In this document: piece after piece, positions 27,192 to 39,856 of the stretch
Position numbering within the stretch: position 1 is the stretch's first letter
Layout: the number at the start of each line of letters is the position of its first letter
Assembly: GCA_965113315.1 (NCBI GenBank)
Contig: OZ220368.1
Origin: Podarcis vaucheri
Taxonomy: Eukaryota
DNA length: 64,000 bases
Direction: 5' to 3' (one strand)
Position numbers and translations under genes: made by a program
The notes under the pieces: generated by a model
What the model saw: only the letters and a program-made list of their open reading frames with translations
Database searches by the model: none
What the model was told of the DNA's origin: nothing

Positions 27192-29589
27192 TACTAGGCT
27201 CTATGTCTTCTCAAGCACAGTAGATCCCAGAACATGCCGTGTATTACTTAGGTTTCCAATTTCAAATACTCCAATTTCAAACTTTAGGCCATCCAAATTT
27301 TGGATCTTAATTCCCCTCCCCCCTCGGTTTTGTGCCTGGAAGGGGAATATATATGAATTATTCTGCAACTTACAGTTTTGATTTATTACTGAATCCAGTT
27401 CTCAGGCCTAAGCCATTTGAATTAAATGGCACAGTACACAGGATTGCCATGCTTATAGAAGCATAACAAATTTAAATGTTCCATAATTAGGTGCCCTGAG
27501 TTACTTGTGGAGATAGATGTTTTAAAGCTTTTTAGTAGCAGAATATTATTGTTGCTTTAAGGTTACCTTATGCAGGTGCAGTTACTGTCCAAAGCAGTAA
27601 TGGCAAGTGTATCTTAAAAAGGAGGGGGAAGCGTCACACATTGAGGAAGGAGAGTGGGAAATCAAGACTGAGCAAAGTACTTTAGTTGTATGGAAGGACT
27701 TTTTGGTTTTGGTTGCGAATTGCTTGTTTTAGCAAGGAGGGGAGTAATGTATTAATCATGTGACCATCTTCAGTCACATAGAATGATTGAGCCCTGGTTT
27801 CTTTAGTCATTACTTTGTACCAAGGCAGACTCATGGATATTTGCAGTTGTATGATGAGACAAATGACAGATGTTTTAAATAGCTGTTTATAAAACCTGTT
27901 GGACTTGTATGTGACAGTTTCAAAGCACATGTTGAGACAGGCTTCCTGTCACAATAAGTCCATGTAGAAGTATTTTATTAATGATGTACATACACCCTGT
28001 ACACACCTTTTACCATGTTCTTACTCTTGTGGAGAACTGGAAAGACTGAATCAATGCAGAGATCAGCCTAGTTTCATCGTCGTTGAAAGGTAGTAAAATT
28101 ACTAATTTCAATAGGTCTTTTTCTCTTGGGGCTTCACATTTAAAAATACTTAAAACTAACAACTATTTTGTATTAGGAGCTGGTTCCCATATAGCCCTGC
28201 CGTATGGGTGGGGTGGAGAATACATGTAAATTCTTGTGTGAGTAGATCCTGCCAAACATTAGTCTGACTTAGGAAAAGGAGTAGATGGACTGTGTGGTTA
28301 TACTCTAGGTCCTGTGAGTGGTCAGGGAGAGTGTGCAAATCTGAGACTCATTCCTTGGCCTCAGCCCTCTGTAACCTACAAGCTAAGACCTTGCATGAAG
28401 CAGGCCCAAAATAAATATAGGAAAAATATGTTAATTGTGAATTTAAATTACAGTGCATCCTTAAGAAGTCTCTTATTATCTACTGGAATTTTAAATAGAA
28501 TGGATCTTTCTAAACAACGAGAGATGCAGGGTTATACAAGAATCTGCAAAAGATAGAACTGTCTTATTGCTTATTGTCTTACATTATGAATACACTCTTT
28601 TTTGCATTGCAACACAAGTGTATTGTATATCTCTCTACTAAATGGTTTACATTCTTTATAATGGCTTGTATCCAATATAGTGCTAAGTACCTGTCACATC
28701 AGGGTTTCCACTTGTCCACTCGTGCAAAGGGACTTCCCCCATCTTGTCCCTCTGAACACATCTCAAATCTGTTTTGAAGGTTTTCTCAACCCTCTGGAAT
28801 AGATTGCAAGAGGATGCAGGAGGAGGAGAGGGAGGGAAGTCCCATTGTGCAAGAAGAAATCCTTGTGCTGATGGAAACAACGGAGTTAGATACTACCCAA
28901 TGTATTCTCACCATACATTTAAAATTGTATCTGTACCATAGCAGACTACTGGCTTTGAAAAGGTCATACATAAAACCAATGAATTTTCATAAATTCAATA
29001 GGTTGGATCCAGATTTAGTCGTATTTGAAGAAGTTGGTCAGTAACTGATTTCTGTGGAAACTAGGCAGCTAACAGAGCAGCCTAAATCCCTGTTCTATCA
29101 TGGTGGAGGGAATTTTAATGGGACAGAGTTATCCCTCTGCCTGGTTCTACCACCTTTTGCTGTTGGCAGGGAACAGCTGCACCCTGTTGCACCGACCCAA
29201 AAGGCAGGTCAGCAGAAGCTGCTGCTACTGCCAGCATACTTGCCAGCAGTAGCCAGTGGAAAACTCCCCTGCTAGGGGGTGATTGGGGGATGATCTATGC
29301 TGTACAGGATCTCCTGTGCTGACCACCCTGCTGCCACGTGATGGCAACAGGCCTTATCCAGGCAACTGGAATGCTGGCACAGCAAAGGGATATATTCCCT
29401 TTCTGCCACCTTCTGCTCTAGCTGGCGTGACTGGTAGGACTGTGGAAGTGGTGGTGACTGCATGGCACTGTCAAAGCCCACCGCTGCCAGTGATTGATCC
29501 CTAACTTAATCTGAACAAAATCCAGTGCTTCTCTATAAATGCTCTGACTCGCTCACCTACAACACATGGAGGGTAATACCATTGTTTAA

Positions 29590-29787
<198 letters not shown>

Positions 29788-30856
29788 TAGAGAGGTCCAT
29801 AGGCAGACTTTGGATTCAGATAAAAACACCATCACATGGTCCTGAATTGGTTGAACTGACCCCCATTATGACAGTCATGAAATATTAGCTGTTCTTTTTG
29901 AGAGTCTGAAGAGAGGCAAAGATATCATTACATGCTGCTCTCCTGAATCAGCTCAGTCTTGCCTCTTGTATTCTGCTCTCCTCATGTTCAGAGGAACTAA
30001 ATGTTCTTTCTGTGTGGGAAGAATTAGTTTTATGTGTTGTATTCCCTTTGGTGGTGGGGGGAGGCACTGCAAAAAAAAAAGTTACCTAGAGGGAAAGAAG
30101 GGAACGGGATCCTGCTGGAGATACCAAGGCAGAAGCCAATACTTTCTGCTCGGTGGTGCTATTTTGTTTCACCCTTCTGTGTAGTAAAACAAGGAAGGGT
30201 GTTGAGAGGCACAGAAAGATAGTGAGAGCCACAGCATTTGCAGCATGATCACAGGCACTTTTGTCACTTTTTCAAGTCTATATTTTCTGACCTGAAGAAG
30301 AAATGTGCTCCTAATTGGTTTGTCATATGCAGGTGAGTCTAATCTAGGAAACACACTGCATGCATTAGCTCAGAGAAACAGTTGTGTCGCTTTTGAATAA
30401 TTAGCACAGCCTTACTGGAAATAAGTTATAAATTGTTGTTATTTTTTAAGTAGAAGTTCCTTCCAGAACTTCTAGATGCCCTCTTAAATGTTAAATGTTG
30501 TAAACCTTATGAGGTTACTATCTCGTGAGATTTCTGGGGCACCAGACGGATGCAGACTTTGATTCAGTAGTTTCAAAATGCATCTGTACTTTGCCACAGA
30601 ATGGGGAAGAACCAAATACGAAGGGATGAAAATATGAACATTGTGCAAGCATTATTCCCTCTTCCTTTCTGGTTGGAAATGACTTTGGTTATCTTCAAAG
30701 GAACAAACTTAGAGCAGACATTTCTCAAACGTCATTACAAAACCACTGAATGCTAGATGAGTAAATGTAATACAAGACATAGACTTTCATAAGCCATGGA
30801 CCTTCATAATGGAAAATAGTGTCTGAACCTAATCTTCAAAATATTTTTATTTTCAG

Positions 30857-30886
30857 TATATCCATTCAGCTGACATAATACACAGA
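30857..30886 (+). CDS. MAPK14: MAPK14 exon 5 (30 nt)
   Basis: ttttcag|TAT ATC CAT TCA GCT GAC ATA ATA CAC AGA|gtgagt = YIHSADIIHR. Confidence 0.97.
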
Positions 30887-31388
30887 GTGAGTATTATTTT
30901 TAGTGTAAACTATTCAATGAAAGCAGCATCCTGGGAAGTTGTAGCATTAGATCTTTGTATATCAAAGCAGCAGTAAAATTAAGCTAAAAGTTCAATAAAA
31001 TTGCAATAAATATTTTAGTTAATGCTCGGAGAGAGTGATTCTAGACAGATTCTCTTCAGGCATAGTTCACTTTACCATGGGGTTGGCTCTGGCCATCACT
31101 TTTCTTAACGTGCCTGCAGAGTACAGAACTGTAATTTGACTTGTTTCATATATTTGATTGGCTGGTTGTTTTTTCAGGGCTGGGATATACATACGGTTGA
31201 TGCATACTGTTGAAAATCTCAGTGAAGTGTGGATTATGGTAGGATTGTATTACAGTTAACATCTGAAGATTGTTTTTGAAAGTTGAGGAATACATTAGAT
31301 GTTGCCAGTGCTAAATTTCATGGTTGGGACAGCTTTTTTATCATTGCAATGCTGTGACACCAGTATCTCTTTTTTCCCTTTCTTTTAG

Positions 31389-31436
31389 GATTTAAAACCT
31401 AGTAACCTAGCTGTGAATGAGGACTGTGAGCTGAAG
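31389..31436 (+). CDS. MAPK14: MAPK14 exon 6 (48 nt)
   Basis: ttttag|GAT TTA AAA CCT AGT AAC ... GAG CTG AAG|gtaagg = DLKPSNLAVNEDCELK. Confidence 0.97.
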
Positions 31437-31837
31437 GTAAGGTGGTGTTAGTGTACACATAGCTTGTGGGCAGCCTAGCAATCATTTGTTTAACAGGTCA
31501 GGACCTGAATATCGTAACAGGAAAATGTAGGCACTAATATAAGCCAGTCTGTTGACCCCTGGACAAATATTTTAGAATTTATGAGTCTTTGTACACTGTT
31601 GGCTCATAAGGTATTTAATAAAAGTTCCACTTTAGTTATTCCATGGTTGTGTATTTGTGGTACTGTTGAACTGCTCTTGTTTGAAATTGGGCACAGTGCG
31701 GTTAGGGAGTCACATAAGAGCTGTAAATCCTTGACAAATTTAGTCTTACAAAAGTATGTTTCACCAAACCTATTTCTGGAAGTGTTCAGCAACATTTATT
31801 TTCATCCATTTTTTGCATCTTCTGCAAATGTAGCTAA

Positions 31838-32038
<201 letters not shown>

Positions 32039-32351
32039 TAATCAAACCATCAGAGATTTGTGTAATAAAACTGTATCATATAATTCTGTGCCACAGTGGA
32101 ATTGCCTCACTCTGTTGTAATAAAAAACGACCTAATTTTTCAAGCATAATTTGACATCTTTATCATTAACGGAACCAGGTCTGTATCTGAAGTTGTCAAA
32201 TTCATGTTTATCAAGAGTACAAATATGTGCTTTTTCTTGCTGTCATACTAAAGCTAAGCATTTTAGGATTAGGTTAACCATTGCAATTGGTTTTATTTAA
32301 ATCTTTTGGAATACTGGAACAGAGATCTGGCTAGAGGAGTCTGGCTTCTAA

Positions 32352-32454
<103 letters not shown>

Positions 32455-33844
32455 AAAAACATCTAAAAATGAACTGAAACATTCATTTTCACACACAGCA
32501 ACATGTAACCCAAGGAAGACTTAGGAACCAGCTCTGCACTTTGGTGTTGGAATTATTTCTATGCAGATGAATGCATTTTGAGAACTACTGCTGCATTCTC
32601 CAAGAATGCTTTTTGCAGGTGGTTGAAATGCATTATTTCAGTCTGTGGTTTAACATTAGGGTTTCACTTTCTCTGTCTTTGCTTGTTCTTCTCTTTAAAA
32701 GCTTTGAAAGTGGTCTTCCACCTTGAAGGGAAAATGTAATTACTTTTTTCAGCATCTCTGAGATCTGTTTTCCAGTTCCAGTAATTTAAATGTCCTGTCA
32801 AACTACTTCAAATTTGATACTAAGGTTCTATGAGAAGACCGGTTCCCTCATAATGTTTGGCAACCCCAGAGTAAAGGGATATCTTGACAAGTCAGTGTCT
32901 TGGCTAGTAAAAGGGAAGAATATATAATCTACAGGTAGATCTGTTAATCTGTTCTTATGTAACTAGTAAATATGACACAAAATAAAGGATTCTGTGTTGG
33001 CCCATAAGAAAAATTCCAAAATCCATATTATGGCAATACTTTTATTAAGCCAACCAAAATAGTGGGCAAGCAATCGAGTTCTCAAATCAAGACTTGGGAA
33101 GAGAATGCATGGCTGGTGGTAATACCATGGCTGTGCATTTTGGAAGATTCTAAAGGCAAAATGTGGAAAGAGGTAGTAGGCTCCAAAATGAAACTCTTAA
33201 ATGCTGTGTTGCTGTTTCTTTGTACCAAGGTTTACTTGAAAGGAAGAAACAATGGCAAATTTCCTATCTTTGGAACTACAAAAACCAGCTGTTACTCAGG
33301 TCTGTCTCCATCCTTACATGAAGCACACAGGTTTATGTTTTATGTGACTTGGATAGATGGAAAAGCAAAATAAAGAGGAAGGGCTATAGCTCTGGGTTGG
33401 AGCATCTGCTTCTTACCTTCCTAAAGAGAAAGGCAGTCTTATTAACATAAGTGTACTTTTTTTTTACCTTGCACCCCTCCTATACTTAACTTTTACCCAC
33501 CTGAACTTTCTACCTCTGATAATATAAATACTATCTACTTTCTCTTCATTCTTCTCTACCTGTCCAGGTCACACAAAAAGTAAACCTGTATGGCGTTTCA
33601 CCTAAAGATAGAAGCAAACCAGGGTACCAGTTGTTTTTTGTATACAAATTTTGTTTAAAAAAATAAAGATGGGAAATCAGGTATTATCAGCCCATCTTTA
33701 TACCTTGGTGCAACCTGATACCTGCATAGCGCTTACAGAACCTCATTTGAATGTCTGCTGCTTCCTCCCGCAGTATGCCACAGGATTCTTTATCAAGTGC
33801 AGACTCATGGCTTTACCACTAGCTAAATATTCTGTCCCCAGCCC

Positions 33845-33985
33845 CCCATTTTATCCACACAACAGCCTTAGGCTGAGCAACAGGGACTGGCCCAAGGTCA
33901 TCCAGTGAACTTCATGACTGAGTGGGGACTTGAATCTTGGTCTCCAGGTCCTAGTCCAATACTTAAGCCTCTTTAACATACTGGC
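33845..33985 (-). mobile_element. Old tRNA-derived (MIR/Squam-like) SINE fragment
   Basis: GACTGGCCCAAGGTCATCCAGTGAACTTCATGACTGAGTGGGGACTTGAATCTTGGTCTCC is the reverse complement of a tRNA head plus core. Confidence 0.65.
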
Positions 33986-36674
33986 ACACTCTATAATATA
34001 AAAAAGTGTTCTGTGTATAATTCAGAAGATGTATTTGGTCCCTAATCTGAAGTCTAAATCATTGGCAGGATCCGTGCAACCCTTTTATTAGTTATTAATG
34101 GAGAGATTTTGAAAGATATGAATATCTTGATATTCTGTCCAGTTGCACTGTGTCCACCAAAATATGTTCTATGGGAATGAAACATCTAAAAGTTTCCGGG
34201 TTATCCGTCTAAAAGTAATAAATAAATGGATTGAATCCTAGGGAAATAAAATATATTTTTGCATTTAGTTTTCCGACTAGTAAATATTGAAGGGGAGTGT
34301 GTGATGTTGATCTTTGTGGAAAAAACTTAACACATTTATTTTAGGTTTTAGGCTAATATTAGAAGGTGTGAAGATGGTCAAAGTCATTTATTTTATGGTT
34401 GTTTTTTACCAAACTTTCCCAGAATAGATGAGGCAAATGTGAAAACTATATGATACATTTATAGCCTAGATGTTGGATTTTTCCTTGTTTTTGTTGTGTT
34501 ATCCCTTTGCTTTCACTTCTTCCTGTTCACTTCTCCTTTTCCAAGACCCTTACAGTTGTCTTTCTTCTTCTCTTTTTCTGTCTGAGGTATGTAGGAAAAA
34601 AAGTTTCTTGCCTAAAGGGCAAAATAGACATGTTTTAACTATGTTGGGTGCAATTTTCATTTTTACAATATAAATATTTGTACTCTTTTCTCTATTACAT
34701 GTACATACTCCTCTTTATGAATGGTCCTAAATGAAGTTGTGTTTGCCTTCCACAAATCTTCACTCCAAATGTGGCAGTTATTTAAGGCTAGGGTGGGCAG
34801 TGATAACCATTTCTGTCAGCTTCTTAATGGGAATAATGGATATGCATTCAAGGAATAATAACACATTGGCTTACATTATAAGAATTCTGTGAGTACACAC
34901 AGCATGCAAATTGGTTTAACCAGTGGCAGGAATTTGTAAAGCAAGCTTTTATTGCTCAGCTCTTGGAAATCTGATCTGCAGGAGATAGTGGGTTTGGGGG
35001 CTCCATTAGTGGGAGTTGCCAACTTTAACACTTGATGATCAGCAGCTACAGGTAAGGGAATGATTAAATGCCCAAGCTGTAATTGGTTAATATGCTGCAT
35101 GTGCAGACTTAACTTCCATAGCTAAATTATGTGTTTGAAAATTGCTAGAGGTTTGAGCATAACCAAAGTTGTATTTGGTAGCACTGAGTAAAATCTAATC
35201 TAAGTAAAATCTAAAATCTGGTTATTGCTGAACAGAGTTCATATTTCTTCTATCCTAACCCATATTAGGGTGCTCTCCATATTTTGAAATCGTAAATAGG
35301 GAATCGGGGGCTGGGCCTGTGTCTTCAAGTAATGTACCTTGATTAACCTATTTGGGACAAGTTGCTTTTTTAAAAATAATAATAAATCTTACTAACTGAA
35401 TTACTACAATGATCTGGAATGACTAATTGGACTGTGATGTAGAATTTGTTATAAACATATTCTAAGTCAGGAAGATTTCTCAAAAAGTAGCCATATCAGA
35501 ATAACGTGTTCTGGGTACTCTTGGTCTTGAATGCCCACTTGGACCTGGCATCTGGATTTTGCTTTAAACTTGGCTTTTTGATGTATTCACTGTTGGTTGT
35601 GGTAGCAAACTTTTCCCTTTTCTGTATGGTCAGTATTGGGACTTGCCAGTTCTTGAAATTCATTCTTTTCTGAGATCTGCATGCTTTTCTTTGCTCATGG
35701 CTTTCTATGCACTCTGTTTACTTTTGCTCTGAGTTTACTAACAACTCTTTTTTAGTTAAGTAGCGGTTCACACATTATATTGTTGATATATAGATGCAAC
35801 AATCTTGTAATATTTTAACTGATTCATTGTGTTGGTTAGCTGCTTCCAACTGCCTTCTGCTTCTTGCCCTAGAAAAGACTTTGTAGTAAAGTAATTAATG
35901 TTTGTCCGTGTACGCAGCAGATACAGTCTGTAAAAAAATAAATAGCACTGACAGCAGATATAGTTTTAATTACATTCAGATAGCACTTAACTTTCAAATA
36001 CTTCAAACAACCAGAAAATGGTTGACTTACCATTATTTAAATGGCACATGGATTCATACTTTTGGTTGTACTATATAGTGTTCCCTTGTTTTAATTTACA
36101 AACTTGTGTTAACTTGTTCTGGCTGAAGGCTGAAGCAAATAGATGAAAACTGGCATCTTCTTTCAAAGATGAGCCTACATTGTGCAGGTTGTGGTTGGAG
36201 GCCTCAATTCAAATCCAGCCCAGAATTCACAAAGTAGCTTTTGGGAAGTTACTGCTAGAAAGTAACTTGCTTTAAGGCTTAGTATAAGGTGGGAATTATT
36301 TTGCAAATTGAATTTATATCCTGCCATTCCTTAGGACAGCCCTGATGCAGTTTCAAATTCAGGAGATTAGATTTTAATATTCAGGGGCTGGAAAGTTCTC
36401 ACTCTCCAATAGCTATGGGATTTCCTATGCAGTCAATAACTTTTTCTTACTCTCCCCACCATTGGGAGTATTGCTCATGAGCCCCAAGCCTGCTTTCCGA
36501 TCTTAAGGATAGCAATTCCAGGTGGGGTATAAGTTCTAGGGCCCCTAAGGAGTTTGTGACTAAGAGTGGGACTTTTTCAATCATTTCCCTGCTATGTTAC
36601 ACTAGCTGTTGTCTGGAAAACTCCCAGAGAGGACAGTGGAGGGAAGCAAGTGTAACTCATTAAAATATATATAA

Positions 36675-37035
36675 AGGTAAAGGTACCCCTGCCCGTACGG
36701 GCCAGTCGTGTCCGACTCTAGGGTTGTGTGCCCATCTCACTTAAGAGGCCGGGGGCCAGCGCTGTCCGGAGATACTTCCGGGTCACGTGGCCAGCGTGAC
36801 GAAGCTGCTCTGGCGAGCTGGCACCAGCGCAGCACACGGAAACGCCGTTTACCTTCCCGCTAGAAAGCGGTAGCTATTTATCTACTTGCACTTTAGGGGT
36901 GCTTTCAAACTGCTAGGTGGGCAGGAGCTGGGACCGAAAGACGGGAGCTCACCCCGCCGTGGGGCTTCGAACCGCCGACCATGCGATCGGCAAGCCCTAG
37001 GTGCTGAGGTTTTACCCACAGCGCCACCCGCGTCC
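36675..37035 (-). mobile_element. Full-length Sauria SINE (distinct CpG-rich subfamily) with 14-bp TSD
   Basis: (ACCTTT)n tail and tRNA-like head with B-box GGTTCGAAGCC on the minus strand. TSD TAAAATATATATAA at 36661-36674 and 37036-37049. Confidence 0.95.
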
Positions 37036-37347
37036 TAAAATATATATAACTGCCCATTAAATACTATGATAAAATGTCCAGATGGGTTTGGTGACATGGG
37101 GTCTCCAATTGTAATAAAAGTCACTGATTTCACAAAAAGGATTAGGACTGAGTGTAAATAGTGTTGACCGCCAACTTCTACAAAGTTGAAGTGTTGACAG
37201 CACCTGAAGTAGCCAGCATCCTAGAAAGCCTTTACCAACCTGGTGCCCACTAGGTTGAGGTAAATTGGTTTTGTGCACTATTAAAATTAGCCTCAAAGTT
37301 GCTACTTTACTCAAGCTTTAAAAGTTAAGTGACAGCAATTTCTACTT

Positions 37348-37581
37348 ACAGGTAGGTAGCCGTGTTGGTCTGCCGTAGTCGAAACAAAACAAAATAAAAA
37401 AATAAGTAAAAGAAATAAAATTCCTTCCAGTAACACCTTAGAGACCAACTAGGTTAGTTATTGGTATCTGAAGAAGTGTGCATGCTCACAAAAGCTCATA
37501 CCAATAACTAACTTAGTTGGTCTCTAAGGTGCTACTGGAAGGAATTTTTTAATTTTATTCTATTTATTTTGTTTCGTTTTG
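37348..37581. mobile_element. Penelope-like inverted-repeat remnant with 14-bp TSD
   Basis: Begins ACAGGTAGGTAGCCGTGTTGGTCTG. 51-bp inverted arms at 37417-37467 and 37498-37548. TSD AGCAATTTCTACTT at 37334-37347 and 37582-37595. Family assignment from memory. Confidence 0.8.
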
Positions 37582-38321
37582 AGCAATTTCTACTTTCACT
37601 ATCACCGGTGCATGCTAGTCTTTTACCATACTGCTTCTGCCACTAAATCTTAACTATTACTAATGACTGGGAGTATAGGTCTAACCTAAAATAATCACAG
37701 CATCAATTATACCTGTTAATCACCATTGTATTCTGATTGCAAAATGTGCATGTTTGCCACTATTGGATGGTAAATTGGAATGGTGGACAAGCCTTAGTAG
37801 AGCAATTAGAATATAGAGCACAGAGCAGAGCAAAAAAAAGCACTTTAACCTTAGAACCTCAAGAGATCTGTTTTCAGTTTCAGTTCCTTTGGGCAGAAGC
37901 TTGGGTATATTTTCTCTTCTAAGGGTAGAAAGATTTAGACTGTAAAGCTATAGTTCTAAAGATTCTAGGTGCACTCGTTCTATTCTGAATTAGGAATTGC
38001 CTCATCCCTTCCATGAACAGGAAAATTGCAACTTGTGAAAGAGGAACCACATTGGGTAAATTCAACCTTGCAACAATTGATCACTCACATAAGCAGTTGT
38101 CTCCATATGTTAGCTGCTTGCAGAAACAAATGTGGCTAAATGTGTCCACATTTCTTGAACAGATTTGGGTGTAGGATTTTCATCAGGTGGCTATTTAAAT
38201 GGTATGTGTCTTCTACATTAGATGTGTGCTAATATTACTTATTATTATTATTTATTATTATTTTGATTGAGACATTTGGTTTTCTTTTTTCCCCTTTAGT
38301 TTTATTCGGCTGCTGCTGTGA

Positions 38322-38528
<207 letters not shown>

Positions 38529-39525
38529 TAGACTGCATCTATCTCCTTCCTGGTTAGTTTTGTCTTAAGCTTGTTTCCTTAGACACATCTTATTTTCCTT
38601 GGACACATCTTGAATCCTCCCCTCTCTGCCTCTGTACTAGTCTTCATGTCCCATCTTACCTTCTATTTTCTGTCTGTAGGCTATACTAAGCTTAGCTGAA
38701 CACTGTGTACTTCATTGCACACTCTTGTTAAACGCTGTTAGGCACATGCTGCTACCAATATCCCATATATATCACATCTCCTAATGGATAGTGCTTTCTT
38801 TAACTTGGATTTTGGGACTTGCTTTGAGTGCTCTTTCACAAACTGTTTCAAGAAGGGGGAAATGTTTAGGAACAAGTACGAGCATGAATCATGTTAAAAG
38901 CCACACAGTAAATTCCTGTTGTCACTAATACAAACAGCTTGTTGTTGGATCACAACATTGACCTCAGCCCTAAAAGTGCTCAGTCATAAAGGTGATATGC
39001 ATGGAAGTAATGATACAGCTGGGGTTTCCCCTCCATAAGTAGGATTGTTCTGCATTCATGGGATGATAGCTAATCTACATTCTAGACTTCAACATAGGGA
39101 GCAGCTGGGTGTTGCAGCTTACCAGAATAGCAATGAAAGTTGGGAAGGCGCCCCTGGGCGAGTGCAGGTTTGGCTTCACCAGTGTGCCTCTGCAATCCTG
39201 TCACCACTGCTGCCTGGTCCTCCCCTATCCCTGCAGCGTCCTAGTAAGAAGCAGCAATGCCAACTCAGTAGGGTAGCCCTGTAGCCTACTCTCATCACAC
39301 TGGTCACTGCTACTTACGCATAGATGATTTTGTTGTATAAAATATTTTGATTAGAAACTCATTTAAAATAGATCTACAAGAACCCTAATTTAGATTAGGC
39401 TTACTGAAGAGATTCAAACGTGTTCGGAAATAAGAGGGGAAATGAGCTGAAAGGAACCCACAGATTCAACATATCCATATTTGTTTACTAAATCATGTTT
39501 GCCGGTTTAGCCATAAAGCTGTGGT

Positions 39526-39856
39526 GGAGAGCCTGCATGGTGTAGTGGTTAAGAGCAGTGGACTTGTAATCTGGTGAACCGGGTTCACTTCCCCACTCCT
39601 CCAACGTCTAGCTGCTGGGTGACCTTGGGCTAGTCACACTTCTCTGAAGTCTCTCAGCCTCACTCACCTCAGAGTGTTTGTTGTGGGGAAGGAAGGGAAA
39701 GGAGATTGTTAGCCGCTTTGAGATTCCTTACGGGGAGTGAAAAGCAGGATATCAAGTCCAAACTCCTCCTCCTCTTCCTCCTCCTCCTCCTCCTCCTCCT
39801 CCTCTTCTTCTTCTTCTTCTTCTTCTTCTTCTTCTTCTTCTTCTTCTTCTTCTTCT
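39526..39856 (+). mobile_element. tRNA-head / L2-tail SINE (Squam3-like) with (CTC)n(TTC)n tail
   Basis: A-box-like TGGTGTAGTGG, B-box-like GGTTCACTTCC, body ending TTGTTAGCCGCTTTGAG...GGATATCAAGTCCAAAC, then a pure pyrimidine tail at 39763-39856. Confidence 0.85.

Noticed and set aside
39526-39605. tRNA-like sequence with A and B boxes (also SINE heads at 57481 and 37035)
   Set aside because: These are SINE heads continuing into SINE bodies and tails, not standalone tRNA genes.
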